The position numbers were made by a program, and so were the translations under genes. A stretch of 64,000 bases of DNA from Camelus ferus (Eukaryota): positions 68,698,001 through 68,762,000 of the forward strand of contig NC_045696.1 of the NCBI RefSeq assembly GCF_009834535.1. The letters are read 5' to 3'. The notes below the pieces were generated by a model. The model had not been told where the DNA came from. It ran no database searches and saw only the letters and a list, made by a program, of their open reading frames with translations. This document shows, in pieces, positions 63,127 to 64,000 of the stretch (position 1 is its first letter; every line of letters starts with the position of its first letter).

Positions 63127-64000
63127 ATCACAAATAGTTCTTAAATGTTCCATCCCTCTCCTACATTTCCCTCTTCCTCTCCCTGCCCACCTCACTCACT
63201 CCCTCCTCCCTCTCTTGTTCCTTCCCCCAAAGTCTTCATGAACTTAACACCAAGGATCTCTTCTGTTTCCCCTCATTCATTCACTTACAGCCTATCCACT
63301 GGCTCCCTCTTGGACCTGACAACCACAAAAAAACATTCCCTGACATGAGACCCACCCTGCCATGCACTGCCATATGTGAATTTTAGTTGTTCTGAGTTTC
63401 TAGCTTTTTCAGAATTTTATTTTTCAATGTATTGTTTGTGTGGAGTTAAAGCAAAGATTTTCATCTCTTTTTGAGCTTTGTTGGGACCCAAAGGCTAGAA
63501 AACAATGAGAGAAGGTGAGAGAGTGATGAAGAGTCCTCATACCTGACCATGAGGGAGGGAGGAGACTCAGGTGGTTATGAGAGTTGGAGGTACTAGAAAC
63601 CCACCCTGAACTTCCAAGCTGGTTCAGTTGTCCTGTATGAGTGCTCTCTTTGTTTGTTGACTGGAACTGATTGATTGTATGCCATTGGGTAGAAGCAAAA
63701 GGGAAGGAGCTGTGGACCCAAATTTCTTTTTAAAATACTTTTAAAACATAAAAACAGGAAAAAGAAAAATTAAAATACTTACTGTTCCACTAGCCATTGT
63801 TAAGTTTGCTCTACTTCCTTCTACTTTTTATTTTCTATGTATACTTTCAACAGTTATAATTACACTAAATATACAATTTGTTCTGCTTTTTCACTTAATA
63901 TAACCAACTAAGAACATTTCCAGATCATTGAAAATTCTCCATTAATGAGATTATCAATGGCTGCTTAACTGAAGTAATACTAGTGTAACTGTGTAACTGT

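Larger units (their letters stand above)
49943..64000 (+). other. MASP1: MASP1 intron 2 (continues past window end)
   Basis: GTGAGA donor at 49943. No sequence encoding the next CUB1 segment (VETEDQVLATFCG-like) was seen before 64000. Confidence 0.85.

Noticed and set aside
1..64000. CRISPR arrays, operons or other prokaryote-type systems
   Set aside because: The sequence is mammalian; recurring similar segments are dispersed L1/MIR/L2 copies, not regularly spaced repeats.

Overview
Mammalian genomic DNA, most likely a camelid (camel/alpaca), judged from Vic-1-type tRNA-Ala-derived SINEs and lineage-type L1 3' ends. The only protein-coding gene I can support is the 5' end of MASP1 (lectin-pathway protease; exons shared by MASP-1, MASP-3 and MAp44) on the + strand. 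Exon 1 ends in a 5-nt coding piece (ATG AG, 42185-42189). Exon 2 (49711-49942) encodes the signal peptide and the first part of CUB1, and exon 3 lies beyond the window. The ~42 kb upstream and both introns are dense in MIR, L2, L1, MaLR LTR and hAT relics. I found no new multi-gene system. The most notable observations are: (i) a 68-aa out-of-frame upstream ORF overlapping the MASP1 start, plus a short uORF; (ii) a TSD-bounded composite L1 insertion in intron 1 carrying an mRNA-like 3' end and transduced flank; (iii) an extreme twin-primed L1; (iv) further short 3' transductions; (v) all 12 recognised lineage-specific retroinsertions on the minus strand; (vi) several motif-dense candidate enhancers. 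Repeat family names and motif calls were made by eye and need RepeatMasker, BLAST or functional confirmation. Repeat boundaries are approximate unless a TSD is given.
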